DNA of 64,000 nucleotides from Nitrospirota bacterium (GCA_963701855.1 CAVPBK010000006.1:512001-576000); one strand, 5' to 3'; positions 1-8,287 are shown, numbered from the stretch's first letter. The notes: generated by a model not told the origin, from the sequence alone. Translations and numbers: made by a program.

Positions 1-30
1 AACGACTTCAGCTTCCGGCAATTCCGGCAT
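1..30 (-). CDS. mutM: Formamidopyrimidine-DNA glycosylase (Fpg/MutM), N-terminal fragment running off the window edge
   Basis: The reverse complement of 1-30 reads ATG CCG GAA TTG CCG GAA GCT GAA GTC GTT = MPELPEAEVV, matching the Fpg/Nei N-terminal signature MPELPEV. Only 10 codons are visible. Confidence 0.75.
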   Translation of the reverse strand, partial: MPELPEAEVV

Positions 31-153
31 CGAGAAAGGCCCTCAGTAAAGTGCTCGTATCTGTGCTCTACGATTTTTGATTAGGCCATGGGCGGCACAG
101 GAAAGGCAATGTGTGAAGAGCTGCTACGAGGAAAAACACTTTCGATACTGTGG

Positions 154-609
154 TTAGGTGCCGGAAACTGGCCGTGAAGCGCGCTTCTTCTTACCCTTCG
201 CGCGAGCTTCACGTAGAAGACTGACTTTGATGATAGCTTTTTCGAGGTTAGGAAGGGGCATGGCACCGGGACGGCGCCTCATGACCAGTTTCAGGACCTC
301 ATCATACGTCATCCCTTGGACACAACAGAGATAGGCCATCACAACCGACACAGATCGGCCCATGCCGGCGCGGCAACAGACCATGACCCGATTGTCTGAA
401 ATATGCTGTTCAACCCAGCTCACGGCTTGGTCCAGCAAGAGCGGCTCAGCTTCGGCATACTCCGTAAACGGAATCCTGCTAGAGATCAACCAATTGGGGG
501 ACTCCAAGGCATACTCAGCAGCAACAAGGAGCAGTGCGCCAATCTTGACCGGCGGTTCCTTCGCGTCGTTGATATTCCCGACCAATAGATTCTCGGTGAT
601 CATATGCAT
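154..609 (-). CDS. Dual-specificity protein phosphatase family protein
   Basis: 151 aa with the CX5R P-loop VMVCCRAGMGRSVSVVMAYL and a downstream RRRPGAMP motif typical of DSPs. Confidence 0.85.
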   Translation of the reverse strand: MHMITENLLVGNINDAKEPPVKIGALLLVAAEYALESPNWLISSRIPFTEYAEAEPLLLDQAVSWVEQHISDNRVMVCCRAGMGRSVSVVMAYLCCVQGMTYDEVLKLVMRRRPGAMPLPNLEKAIIKVSLLREARAKGKKKRASRPVSGT

Positions 610-724
610 GATGCAGTTAGTATAAGAGCGCCGCTCGCCAGGTCAAGGAAAAATATGACCCCGTTGCAGTCGTTTCGATGCGAACGCTATACTAGTCCAT
701 ACTTCTGTACAAGGAGCGTCCCAG

Positions 725-1084
725 ATGCCGAACCCGACCATGAAAGAAGTGGAAACCAGGCTTGGAACTGTCCAGTGCGCCATTTGTAAGGGATCAAGCT
801 TTGGAATAGATGAACGCTCTATGCAGGCAGATGGTGAATGGCGAGGCATCTGTAGAAAATGCTACTACACCTTCCCAATATACACAGATATGGAGTTCTA
901 CCTGCGCACGCAGCCGGATATCCCCTATCGGCTCAAAGAGATGTCCTGTCCGACCTGCAATCAACGAGGCGTAAGCCTCAATTTTCGTATCACCATGTCT
1001 GTCCGAGAATCGATCTATTTCCTGACCTGCACCGCATGCCAGAAAACATACCCGGAGCGTTCCTCCCTGGAAGCGTTTGAATAA
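725..1084 (+). CDS. Hypothetical zinc-ribbon protein with four CxxC pairs
   Basis: 119 aa with CAIC, CRKC, CPTC and CTAC. AAGGAG RBS upstream. Confidence 0.8.
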   Translation: MPNPTMKEVETRLGTVQCAICKGSSFGIDERSMQADGEWRGICRKCYYTFPIYTDMEFYLRTQPDIPYRLKEMSCPTCNQRGVSLNFRITMSVRESIYFLTCTACQKTYPERSSLEAFE

Positions 1085-1122
1085 CTCCCCTTTTCACCCC
1101 CTGCGTGGTGTATACTCTCTGT

Positions 1123-1317
1123 ATGAGTGAGACACCAAAAAGTCCGGTCAAGGCCCCCGAAGCTCCCGCTCCAGAGCCCGCGGCCAAGCCAAGAAAAGAA
1201 ATCCCGCTCATCGCCATTCAAGACGATGGTGACATGATCGCCGAGGAAATGGCCGAGATGTTCGACGAAGACCGGGTGAGTCATCAGCACGGAAGCGCAG
1301 AACCAGAAGCGGATTAA
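1123..1317 (+). CDS. Small acidic/Pro-rich hypothetical protein
   Basis: ORF MSETPKSPVKAPEAPAPEP...; ATG at 1123 preferred over GTG at 1105. No recognisable domain. Confidence 0.55.
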   Translation: MSETPKSPVKAPEAPAPEPAAKPRKEIPLIAIQDDGDMIAEEMAEMFDEDRVSHQHGSAEPEAD

Positions 1318-1441
1318 CGGCTGTTGAAAAAGCCCTCCAGCATCGTTCTCGCATCCCTCAACCCTCAACGTAACCCACAGGGTACGCCTCGCGGGTCGAA
1401 CTCCTTGCGGCCTTGTTGGCTAGCCTTTTTGAGCAACCTGC
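1318..1441. repeat. Family A MITE/REP-like palindromic element, copy 1
   Basis: CGGCTGTTGAAAAAGCC...GGCTAGCCTTTTTGAGCAACCTG with core CGTTCTCGC..CTCAACGTA..GTACGCCTC..GCGGCCTTG, as in 19153, 25049, 29912 and 62166. Starts immediately after the TAA at 1315-1317. Confidence 0.8.
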
Positions 1442-1497
1442 AGAACGAGAAAAGGCTCCGGACACATTTCTCTTATCTGACTCCTTCCTCTTAAGCT

Positions 1498-1935
1498 CTA
1501 TGTCGGAAGCTTATAGATCATGTCATATATGACATGGAGGTTGTCTTTTGTGAATTCATCAAGGGACTTACCTTTTATCATTGGGCTCGTATCTTCGAAG
1601 CCAGTTTGCTTCCTTAACCATGCATTGATCTTCAACGCGGGTACCTTTATGTTTCCTTGATTCATCTGGTCGAAGAAATCCTTGGCTCCGTCTTTGAGGC
1701 ATTTGATGTCATCAACCACGCCATTAAGTAACTTCATCCCTATGGGATCTTTTGGCTCGATATTCATATCGCGTAATTCAGCAGCGAACGCCTGCAGAAT
1801 GACAAGCTCCTTGGTCTTTTTGTATTCATCGGCGCTGAAGTAACTGGGATTGTGGCGCAACTTAGAAATCGTCAACAAGCTGAATGCATATAACAGTAGT
1901 GGCGATCGGACCAAGGATGACATGACATTGGCCAA
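1498..1935 (-). CDS. Hypothetical protein in AT-richer island (start uncertain, possibly truncated)
   Basis: 145-aa ORF, Lys/Asp/Ile-rich, with composition unlike flanking genes. TTG start without a clear RBS. Confidence 0.5.
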   Translation of the reverse strand: MANVMSSLVRSPLLLYAFSLLTISKLRHNPSYFSADEYKKTKELVILQAFAAELRDMNIEPKDPIGMKLLNGVVDDIKCLKDGAKDFFDQMNQGNIKVPALKINAWLRKQTGFEDTSPMIKGKSLDEFTKDNLHVIYDMIYKLPT

Positions 1936-2087
1936 GGACCCACGATTAGTTTGAGTGTTGTGCTTCTTGAAAAAGCTCTTTGTAAGTTTTTCCGTAGAAC
2001 ATATTGAGGATTCGAACGTTTTCTGTCACATACGATTTAAGCCCTCTCCCTCCACGCCTAGTGGCTGAGCGCTTTCTGTCCCCACCC

Positions 2088-2302
2088 TCAACCCAATATT
2101 TTGTCCAAAAATATGGCCCTAAGTGAATGCAGGCTAAAACCTCCCCAAGCTCCGAACCCCACGAACAGAAGCACGGCCGAGATTATCAACGCCAACGTCC
2201 AACCACGGTTTTCATCTAAACCATGCTCGACGATAAATCCAATTGGATAATGGCGATAAGTAAGCCAATGCCGATGAGCGTGGCTCTTTGATACTTGTTC
2301 AT
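2088..2302 (-). pseudogene. Small membrane protein interrupted by one frameshift (cassette-like)
   Basis: ATG at 2302 gives MNKYQRATLIGIGLLIAIIQ. A frame change near 2240 continues IGFIVEHGLDENRGWTLALIISAVLLFVGFGAWGGFSLHSLRAIFLDKILG* (TGA at 2088-2090). Two hydrophobic segments. Confidence 0.55.
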
Positions 2303-2328
2303 AAGATCAATTTGTCGTTTGCACATAC

Positions 2329-2392
2329 CACCAACGAATAAGCTCAGGGGTTCGCGGTTTCATAGCGCCTCCCCTGGAGCGATTGATTAACC
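2329..2392 (-). mobile_element. Integron attC-like recombination site (degenerate)
   Basis: The minus strand reads GGTTAAT-caatc-GCTCCAGGGG-aggcgctatgaaaccgcgaa-CCCCTGAGC-ttattc-GTTGGTG. This gives R''/L''/L'/R' geometry with one extrahelical base in L, 64 bp long, just after a stop codon and about 30 nt before the next ATG. Confidence 0.7.
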
Positions 2393-2412
2393 CACCTAAG
2401 AGGCCCGCCCCC

Positions 2413-3061
2413 TTATTTTCCCTCGTCCCAGGCAGCGTCGTTCAGTGGTACGCGCAAAATGTGCCCTGTCGTGCTAAACAACACAATCTCGCGCTGATAT
2501 TTCATAAGCCTGCACAGCTCGAAGAGCGGCCGGATGTAGTCACTTTTAATGCCAGCACCGATAAGGACTGCCTTGATTGGAGGCTGAACGTACTTGAGCC
2601 CAGAGTCCGAGGAAGAATCAAGCGATACTCTTTCTCATAAGACCACTGCTGTGCCTTGTACCGAAGCTGATCACCAACAGAAGCACACTCTAGTGGGGCA
2701 AGGTCGGCTAGATACTTAACGGGAACAATCTTATCCTCGTACCCAGCAAGGTCTAACTCTAGGCAGATTCCCGAATGTCCATTACCGTAATGGGACCACA
2801 TCAGCAATGACTCGGGAGACTCGGAGAAACAGCAGAGTCTATACCGGTCGAGTTCCTGATCGACTGCTGACCAGAAACGGCAAGCGCGCTCGAACGACTG
2901 CCCCGCAGTCAGTGAAGACGGCGGATTCAGGAGTGATATCCCCGGGACCCTTCGAGCGGGTCGTTAAGTTCATGGAGACTGAGGCAGTACAAGCGCCTTG
3001 TGAGCAATAGGTCGACTATATGCACAAAAGGATCTAGTGTCTTGAACTTGTAGAGGAGCAT
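2413..3061 (-). pseudogene. DUF2971-domain protein with two frameshifts
   Basis: Joined translation: MLLYKFKTL...LNDPLEG / fs ~2950 / ...RYRLCCFSESPESLLMWSHYGNGHSGICLELD...KAQQWSYEKEYRLI / fs ~2605 / ...PPIKAVLIGAG...WDEGK*. NDP.E, C(F)S..LMWSHY..H.G.C and W.YE.E.R are DUF2971-type motifs. Confidence 0.8.
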
Positions 3062-3139
3062 GGCAGATATTTTCTGACTGCAACAAATCCTATGCGTTTC
3101 TTCATCACAGAGCAAGAAGGTTATGACGCTCTAGTCCGA

Positions 3140-3177
3140 GAAACGGGATCGGTCTATAAGCGATCGGTCCCCGTTTC
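3140..3177. repeat. Short imperfect hairpin at the island boundary
   Basis: GAAACGGGATCGGTC-tataagc-GATCGGTCCCCGTTTC inverted repeat. Confidence 0.6.
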
Positions 3178-3186
3178 CACACTCTC

Positions 3187-3384
3187 AAGGAAGCGTGCGG
3201 CATTGAGCGACTTGCGCTGGAGCGGCGGGGTCCCCACCCGGCGTCTGAAGAAGGAAAGCTGGAACTGACTGAAGCACTGCGATCGAATGATCGCAGCTGA
3301 AGGAATTCCAGAAGGCTTCCACTTCAGAGCGCCGAGGAAGGGGTGCCGCGGGAGGCGCCCAAGCGAGAAGCTGCATGCTTCCTT
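3187..3384 (+). ncRNA. Candidate 198-nt rod-like structured RNA or palindromic DNA element
   Basis: The ends AAGGAAGCGTGCGGC / GCTGCATGCTTCCTT pair (two G-U on the + strand). Nested helices run to an apical CTGCGATC-gaat-GATCGCAG. No credible ORF. Confidence 0.5.
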
Positions 3385-3402
3385 CGTCCTAATTTCGAAG
3401 GC

Positions 3403-4626
3403 TTAAACGGAGCGAACGATTTTGACTGCCGCATCGCTCTCAATTCTTCCCACTGGCGAAACCTTCCCCTCTCGTTCCTTGCGCACAATCCTCTCGATCT
3501 GCACGATTGCGCCCCGATGCCAGCTATCGACAGCAGCATTCTGAGGAGAGGCCTTCCGATCCAGCCGACCGACTTCAGGACGTCCTGTTTCATTGCACAG
3601 CCAGGCTCGCTTTTCTCCCTTCAATTCTCGTAGTTCGCTCACGACACGGAAGGTCTGCGGGCTCCGCGTCACAATGGTCCGTCCATCTGTGCGCAACAGC
3701 AGATAGGAAAACTTCAATGCGTCTTTGATGAACCCCACCTCCCGGTCGAGTGCAGCAATCGCGGGAGGCGTCTGCCAGGGTCGCTCTTCATGACACCAAT
3801 CGTCTGGATGGTCTAAGGCGGGACAGGCCCCCTCGTGCAAGCAGGGACTATAAACCGTACAGAGTCTCTGCTTAAGCAGGTGATTGCGCATCTGATGCAG
3901 CGCTCTGGCCGTCTGCCGCAACGCCGGCTCGACGATCATGATGGTGCCGTGCGGTGCGAGAAACGGCAAGAGCTGTGCGACAACCGTCGCACGCTCAGTT
4001 GGGGGATCGACCGATACGGGAAACAATTCATTGAGGCAGTTCGCGATAATAATCAGGTCGTATGGTCCGCCTCGTACAATCTGCTTACCAAGATCACCCT
4101 TGAGCGGATGTTCCAGATTGCCCTCGATACAGCGGAGACCTGCGTTGGGTATTCCAACCTCGTTGCAGTAGGCCTCCCACAACCTCTTCGCGTCCTGCAA
4201 AGATGCCTGAGACGCATCTGCAGCCAGGACCGATACAGATTTCGCCCGCTCAGGGCCGCGATGCCACAGCCAATCCAGCAAGGCTAATGATCCAGTCCCT
4301 GGGCCACAGCCGAGATCGAGCACAGCCATCGGTCGGTCTGGTATTTCAGTGCTGTCGTCGTTCGGTAGCTCATCCAGCAGAACTTGGATTTTCGAGAGGT
4401 TCACAGGGAGAAAATACGAGTGATAGGCGGCTGCCTGTGCCGGATCATCCAGGTAACGGAATGGCAATGATGGGCGTGCGGTCGTGAACAAACGCGATAG
4501 ATTCACGACCGCTTGCGCTATCGCGTGACCGCTGAGATCCCTGACTGGCGATACCCTTGCCAGAACCTTTAGAACTTCCGATGACAGGCCAGCAGGCTTC
4601 TTCTCGTTGAAGGGTTGCATGGCCAT
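3403..4626 (-). CDS. Rsm22/METTL17-family SAM-dependent methyltransferase-like protein
   Basis: SAM motif VLDLGCGPGTG, IVEP motif, and Cys cluster SPCLHEGACP...DWCH...FSYL...WLC typical of the Rsm22 family. Confidence 0.8.
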   Translation of the reverse strand: MAMQPFNEKKPAGLSSEVLKVLARVSPVRDLSGHAIAQAVVNLSRLFTTARPSLPFRYLDDPAQAAAYHSYFLPVNLSKIQVLLDELPNDDSTEIPDRPMAVLDLGCGPGTGSLALLDWLWHRGPERAKSVSVLAADASQASLQDAKRLWEAYCNEVGIPNAGLRCIEGNLEHPLKGDLGKQIVRGGPYDLIIIANCLNELFPVSVDPPTERATVVAQLLPFLAPHGTIMIVEPALRQTARALHQMRNHLLKQRLCTVYSPCLHEGACPALDHPDDWCHEERPWQTPPAIAALDREVGFIKDALKFSYLLLRTDGRTIVTRSPQTFRVVSELRELKGEKRAWLCNETGRPEVGRLDRKASPQNAAVDSWHRGAIVQIERIVRKEREGKVSPVGRIESDAAVKIVRSV

Positions 4627-4658
4627 AGTGTAAGCTGCTGTCGATTAGGAGGACAACC

Positions 4659-4907
4659 ATGACAGACGAAATTTTGTTGGCCTACAAAGACGTGGAACGT
4701 TCGATGGAACGTTTCACCCTGCTCCTACAAAGCCACGTGGACACAATGGGTGCCGACCCATCCCACAACGCCGATCAAGTTTTCCGCTTGTCCCAAGGCA
4801 CCAAAGCGATGAGGGATAGCGCGATGATCTATCTCTCTTATGCCAAGTACGTCTCCTATGGCATGCCGGAGAGTGAAGACATGGTGCAAGACGAACTGCA
4901 GGGATAG
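4659..4907 (+). CDS. Hypothetical protein (82 aa)
   Basis: Strong AGGAGG RBS before the ATG; helical, charged sequence. Confidence 0.75.
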   Translation: MTDEILLAYKDVERSMERFTLLLQSHVDTMGADPSHNADQVFRLSQGTKAMRDSAMIYLSYAKYVSYGMPESEDMVQDELQG

Positions 4908-4915
4908 AAGGTATT

Positions 4916-4978
4916 GGTCTGTCTGGTTCATCTGGTCTATCTCATTGCACGAGATAGACCAGACAAACCAAACAGACT
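4916..4978. repeat. Imperfect palindrome built from short TCTGGT-like units
   Basis: GGTCTGTCTGGTTCATCTGGTCTATCTC-attgcac-GAGATAGACCAGACAAACCAAACAGACT. Confidence 0.6.
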
Positions 4979-5028
4979 CTAAAACAAAAGAGCCCGATCC
5001 TTTAAAGGATCGGGCTCTTGTGTTTTAG
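4979..5028. terminator. Bidirectional intrinsic terminator between convergent genes
   Basis: CTAAAACAAAAGAGCCCGATCCTTTAAAGGATCGGGCTCTTGTGTTTTAG: GC stem flanked by A-rich and T-rich tracts. Confidence 0.8.
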
Positions 5029-5042
5029 ACTCGAACGGCCTC

Positions 5043-6398
5043 TCAGATGCTACGCATGAAATGGGCCACGTCATCCTGATTGACCGCACCACCCATAACC
5101 GAAGACTGGGCGACATTACTCGACTTCTTCCCGGTCAGACCGGACTCAACTTCGTCCACGATCAACTCCACCGGCATCGATTGACCACCATACACACGCG
5201 GCCCACCGATGATCTTGGCTTTGGAGTACCCGTAAATCGCGGTAGCCACCTCTTTCGCCAGCCATCCGACATAGTTGAACTCCGGAACGACAATGAGCTT
5301 TGTTTTCCCAAGAAGTTGCCGTAATTCCATCGTCGGAAACGGACGGAGCGACCGAACCTTGATCAAACCGATCTTGATGCCCTTTTCGGCGCAAATACGG
5401 ACCGCTTCCCTCGACTGAGCCGCTGCACTACCTGAGGCAACAATCACCGCCTCGGCATCATCTACATTCTCAGCCGTGAGCAACCCGCCCATATACTGAT
5501 TAATGTATTTGCGTGACCGTTCGACTGCCGCCCACACTTCCTGTTGCCAGACCGCATGAATATTGTAGGCCATGAAGTTCGACTTCTGAACCGGGGCGTC
5601 ACGTGATAAACGAGCGGGAGGATTCTCCGCATCGAGTACCGGCACCGCGCCACGCCAGGCTTCACGAGGAGGAAGCTTCATGCTGCGGTCCTGCATCCGG
5701 ACATACCCACGGGCGTGGGTCACGAAGAACCCGTCGCAGCAGACGCCGACTGGGAGCGTCACATCGTTCTTCTCGCTGATCGAAAACCCCGCCATGATGA
5801 AGTCGTACATGTCCTGCTGATTCTCGGCATGGAAGACAATCATGCCGCAGTTCAATAGATACGCCACTTCGATATTGTCAGGCTGAATGGCCAACGGGGC
5901 ATTGACGACGCGGCAGGTGAACATGGCGACAATGGGCAGCCGATGCCCCGGCCAGGACGCGATGCCTTCCAGACCCCTCAGCGTACCGGGGCCTGCGGTC
6001 GCCGTAAAGCAGCGGACACCGGATCGAGATCCGCCCGCCATCGCCGCCATGACGCCGACTTCTTCTTCACCACGATAATACTCTTTCACGTACCCTTCGC
6101 CGTAGAGCACGCCGATGAGCTGCATCGTTTCGCTCTGCGGGGTAATGGGATAGGCAATGGCCAGGTCCACGTTGGAGCGCCGAACAGCCTCTTTCGCCGC
6201 CTCGCTGCCCGTTATAAACTCTTTCGTTCGCGGGGCTTCGAGGAACAAGTATTCCGGCGTGACCACCTTCTGCCGTTTCGCTTCGGCATGGGGGTCTTTC
6301 CTTGCGCCCGTCGTCTCGGCCGGTTTAGGGGCCGCGACGCTCGTGATGGGATCGCCTTGGGGATTTGTCTTCTGTTCTGCTTCGAGTGCTTCGCTCAT
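5043..6398 (-). CDS. forA: 2-oxoacid (probably 2-oxoglutarate):ferredoxin oxidoreductase alpha subunit
   Basis: AYPITPQSE motif, TATAGPG and transketolase-like C-terminal domain. For versus Por is inferred from the B-C-E-D-A order as recalled for Nitrospira. Confidence 0.85.
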   Translation of the reverse strand: MSEALEAEQKTNPQGDPITSVAAPKPAETTGARKDPHAEAKRQKVVTPEYLFLEAPRTKEFITGSEAAKEAVRRSNVDLAIAYPITPQSETMQLIGVLYGEGYVKEYYRGEEEVGVMAAMAGGSRSGVRCFTATAGPGTLRGLEGIASWPGHRLPIVAMFTCRVVNAPLAIQPDNIEVAYLLNCGMIVFHAENQQDMYDFIMAGFSISEKNDVTLPVGVCCDGFFVTHARGYVRMQDRSMKLPPREAWRGAVPVLDAENPPARLSRDAPVQKSNFMAYNIHAVWQQEVWAAVERSRKYINQYMGGLLTAENVDDAEAVIVASGSAAAQSREAVRICAEKGIKIGLIKVRSLRPFPTMELRQLLGKTKLIVVPEFNYVGWLAKEVATAIYGYSKAKIIGGPRVYGGQSMPVELIVDEVESGLTGKKSSNVAQSSVMGGAVNQDDVAHFMRSI

Positions 6399-6441
6399 TA
6401 TGACACCTCTTAGCTATATCGCCCGTGCGGTTCGACCCTAC

Positions 6442-7203
6442 TCAGCCTTCACGCTTCATCTGCTCGGCCGAATGGCCGAAGGCAGCTGCGCCGGCAACGC
6501 CAGCAACAGGCGCAAAGGTGAGGGGATTGGTGTGAGTTTTCCCACCGTGAACTCTCGCTTGTGTGCCGGTGAATCGCACGTTCTCACCGTTCTCCGGCAG
6601 CTTAATGCCCATTTCTTCACGCACCCGCTTGAAGACTTGCGCGGTCTTCCGCAACTTGATCGTGTCCGAATCGCGAATCGTCAGCATCGCATCTTCGTGC
6701 CCCTGCTCCGCACAGATTGCCATCGTCAGGCAATTCGTCCCGGCACGAATCATTTTCAAGGTCAAGTTGGCATAATGACAATGCACGCCGATGAAGATAC
6801 AGGCCTCGATCTTGTTGCCCCAAATCGTCAGGTTCGGATGGTTCGGATTGATGACCTCTTCCGGATCGATCTTCGGATACTTCGGGCGGTAGTCCGGCAT
6901 GGGGATGATCATGACGTTAGGAATCTGGGCGGCAATTTCCAGCACGGCCTTGGCCTTTTCAACAGCATGATCGTTCCAGGCCCAGAGTACCAACGGTCCT
7001 GGGAAGATCGTGGCGTTGGGGCTGGTCAACATTTTACGGGCCATTTCTTCGATGACCTTATCCTCATTCTCCTCCAGCAACCCATAGTACAGTCCTTGTC
7101 CTGGGTCAGGCAGCGCAACCCCCAACTGAGCCGCGGAGGGCGGATGGAATCCGGCGGGACCAGGAACAATAATGCGTTCTCTTGTATCGGTCGTCGTTGG
7201 CAC
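6442..7203 (-). CDS. forD: Five-subunit 2-oxoacid:ferredoxin oxidoreductase delta subunit
   Basis: INPNHPNLTIWGNKIEACIFIGVHCHYANL motif of the extra subunit of Aquificae/Nitrospirae five-subunit enzymes; operon context. Confidence 0.8.
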   Translation of the reverse strand: MPTTTDTRERIIVPGPAGFHPPSAAQLGVALPDPGQGLYYGLLEENEDKVIEEMARKMLTSPNATIFPGPLVLWAWNDHAVEKAKAVLEIAAQIPNVMIIPMPDYRPKYPKIDPEEVINPNHPNLTIWGNKIEACIFIGVHCHYANLTLKMIRAGTNCLTMAICAEQGHEDAMLTIRDSDTIKLRKTAQVFKRVREEMGIKLPENGENVRFTGTQARVHGGKTHTNPLTFAPVAGVAGAAAFGHSAEQMKREG

Positions 7204-7215
7204 TCCCGTACCTCC

Positions 7216-7548
7216 CTAATTACCTATCACAGTCATTGGATTGGACAGGACTGCAACGGTGGTTTTCTCTTCATACCGAATGTTATCGGTGACTGCAGCC
7301 AGCGGTAATTGATCGATCATAATCATCTTAATGGCATTATTTTTTGCCATCGTGTCGCACACCCACACACAGAGTGCACAACCCTTGCACCGATCCACCG
7401 CTATGTAGGCAGTGCCGTACTTGAAGCCCTTATCCGTCCCCATGGTTTCGCTATACTGAATGGTATTCGCTTCAGGACAGTATTGCGTACAGAGCTTACA
7501 GCTCTTCGAGGCACATATCTCAACATCGATATTGGCTACCAGATACAT
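7216..7548 (-). CDS. forE: Ferredoxin-like epsilon subunit (2x[4Fe-4S])
   Basis: CASKSCKLCTQYCP and CKGCALCVWVC motifs; operon context. Confidence 0.8.
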   Translation of the reverse strand: MYLVANIDVEICASKSCKLCTQYCPEANTIQYSETMGTDKGFKYGTAYIAVDRCKGCALCVWVCDTMAKNNAIKMIMIDQLPLAAVTDNIRYEEKTTVAVLSNPMTVIGN

Positions 7549-7573
7549 GGTACTCCTTCGTGCTAGACCCTGG

Positions 7574-8287
7574 TTAGGCGTTTACGGTCGCACGGATTTC
7601 AGACCGCTTGACCGATGCTGCAGCCCAACCGTGATCGACGGCGTAATTCCAGCCGGCCTGAATTACCGCCACATTTTTATCGATCAACTCCTGCTTCTTT
7701 TTGAATTTCCGCTCGACGACACTGTCCAACGCCGCGGTTCCGCCGGAGACGACAAACCCCTTGCCAAGGAACCGATCCTTGACAGACAGCTCCAGCGCTT
7801 CGACCGAAGTCAGCCCCGTGATAGCTCCAATGCAGCCCATCAACGCCATATTCGTCGCGAGGTCCATCCCCGCAACTTCGAGGGAAAGTTTGGTGGCGGG
7901 GAAATAATAGAGCTTCGCACGACGCTCTTCCAATTCGCGCTGCTGATCCCTGTGAAGGCTCATCGGGCCATCGTTGTTGATCAACGCAACCCCATCCTCC
8001 TTCAACCCGAAGTAGAACGGCATCGTATAGGACTTGCCGTGGGTAATGACCTGGGGATGGAAGATAATGATGATGTGCGGGAAGGTAATTTCCCCGATTT
8101 CATAGATCGGTTCATCCGACACACGGACGTAGCTCTCGACCGGCGCCATCCGTTTTTCCGACCCATAAAATGGGACTATCGTGCTTTCACCGCCGGCATG
8201 GATCACTGCGGTGCTCAGAATGTGTGACCCCGTCACAACACCCTGCCCGCCAACCCCGGCCATTCGAATGTTAAAGCGCTTTGCCAT
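7574..8287 (-). CDS. forC: 2-oxoacid:ferredoxin oxidoreductase gamma subunit
   Basis: IRMAGVGGQGVVT and YGSEKRMAPV motifs. Confidence 0.85.
   Translation of the reverse strand: MAKRFNIRMAGVGGQGVVTGSHILSTAVIHAGGESTIVPFYGSEKRMAPVESYVRVSDEPIYEIGEITFPHIIIIFHPQVITHGKSYTMPFYFGLKEDGVALINNDGPMSLHRDQQRELEERRAKLYYFPATKLSLEVAGMDLATNMALMGCIGAITGLTSVEALELSVKDRFLGKGFVVSGGTAALDSVVERKFKKKQELIDKNVAVIQAGWNYAVDHGWAAASVKRSEIRATVNA

Noticed and set aside
3185..3376. 63-aa minus-strand ORF over the rod-like element
   Set aside because: No motif or convincing RBS. The extensive self-complementarity explains the sequence better.
6157..7308. 383-aa plus-strand ORF (and similar long antisense ORFs at 7460, 12776, 28553, 52896 and 60478)
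   Set aside because: These are antisense shadows of well-supported genes in GC-rich DNA and carry no motifs.
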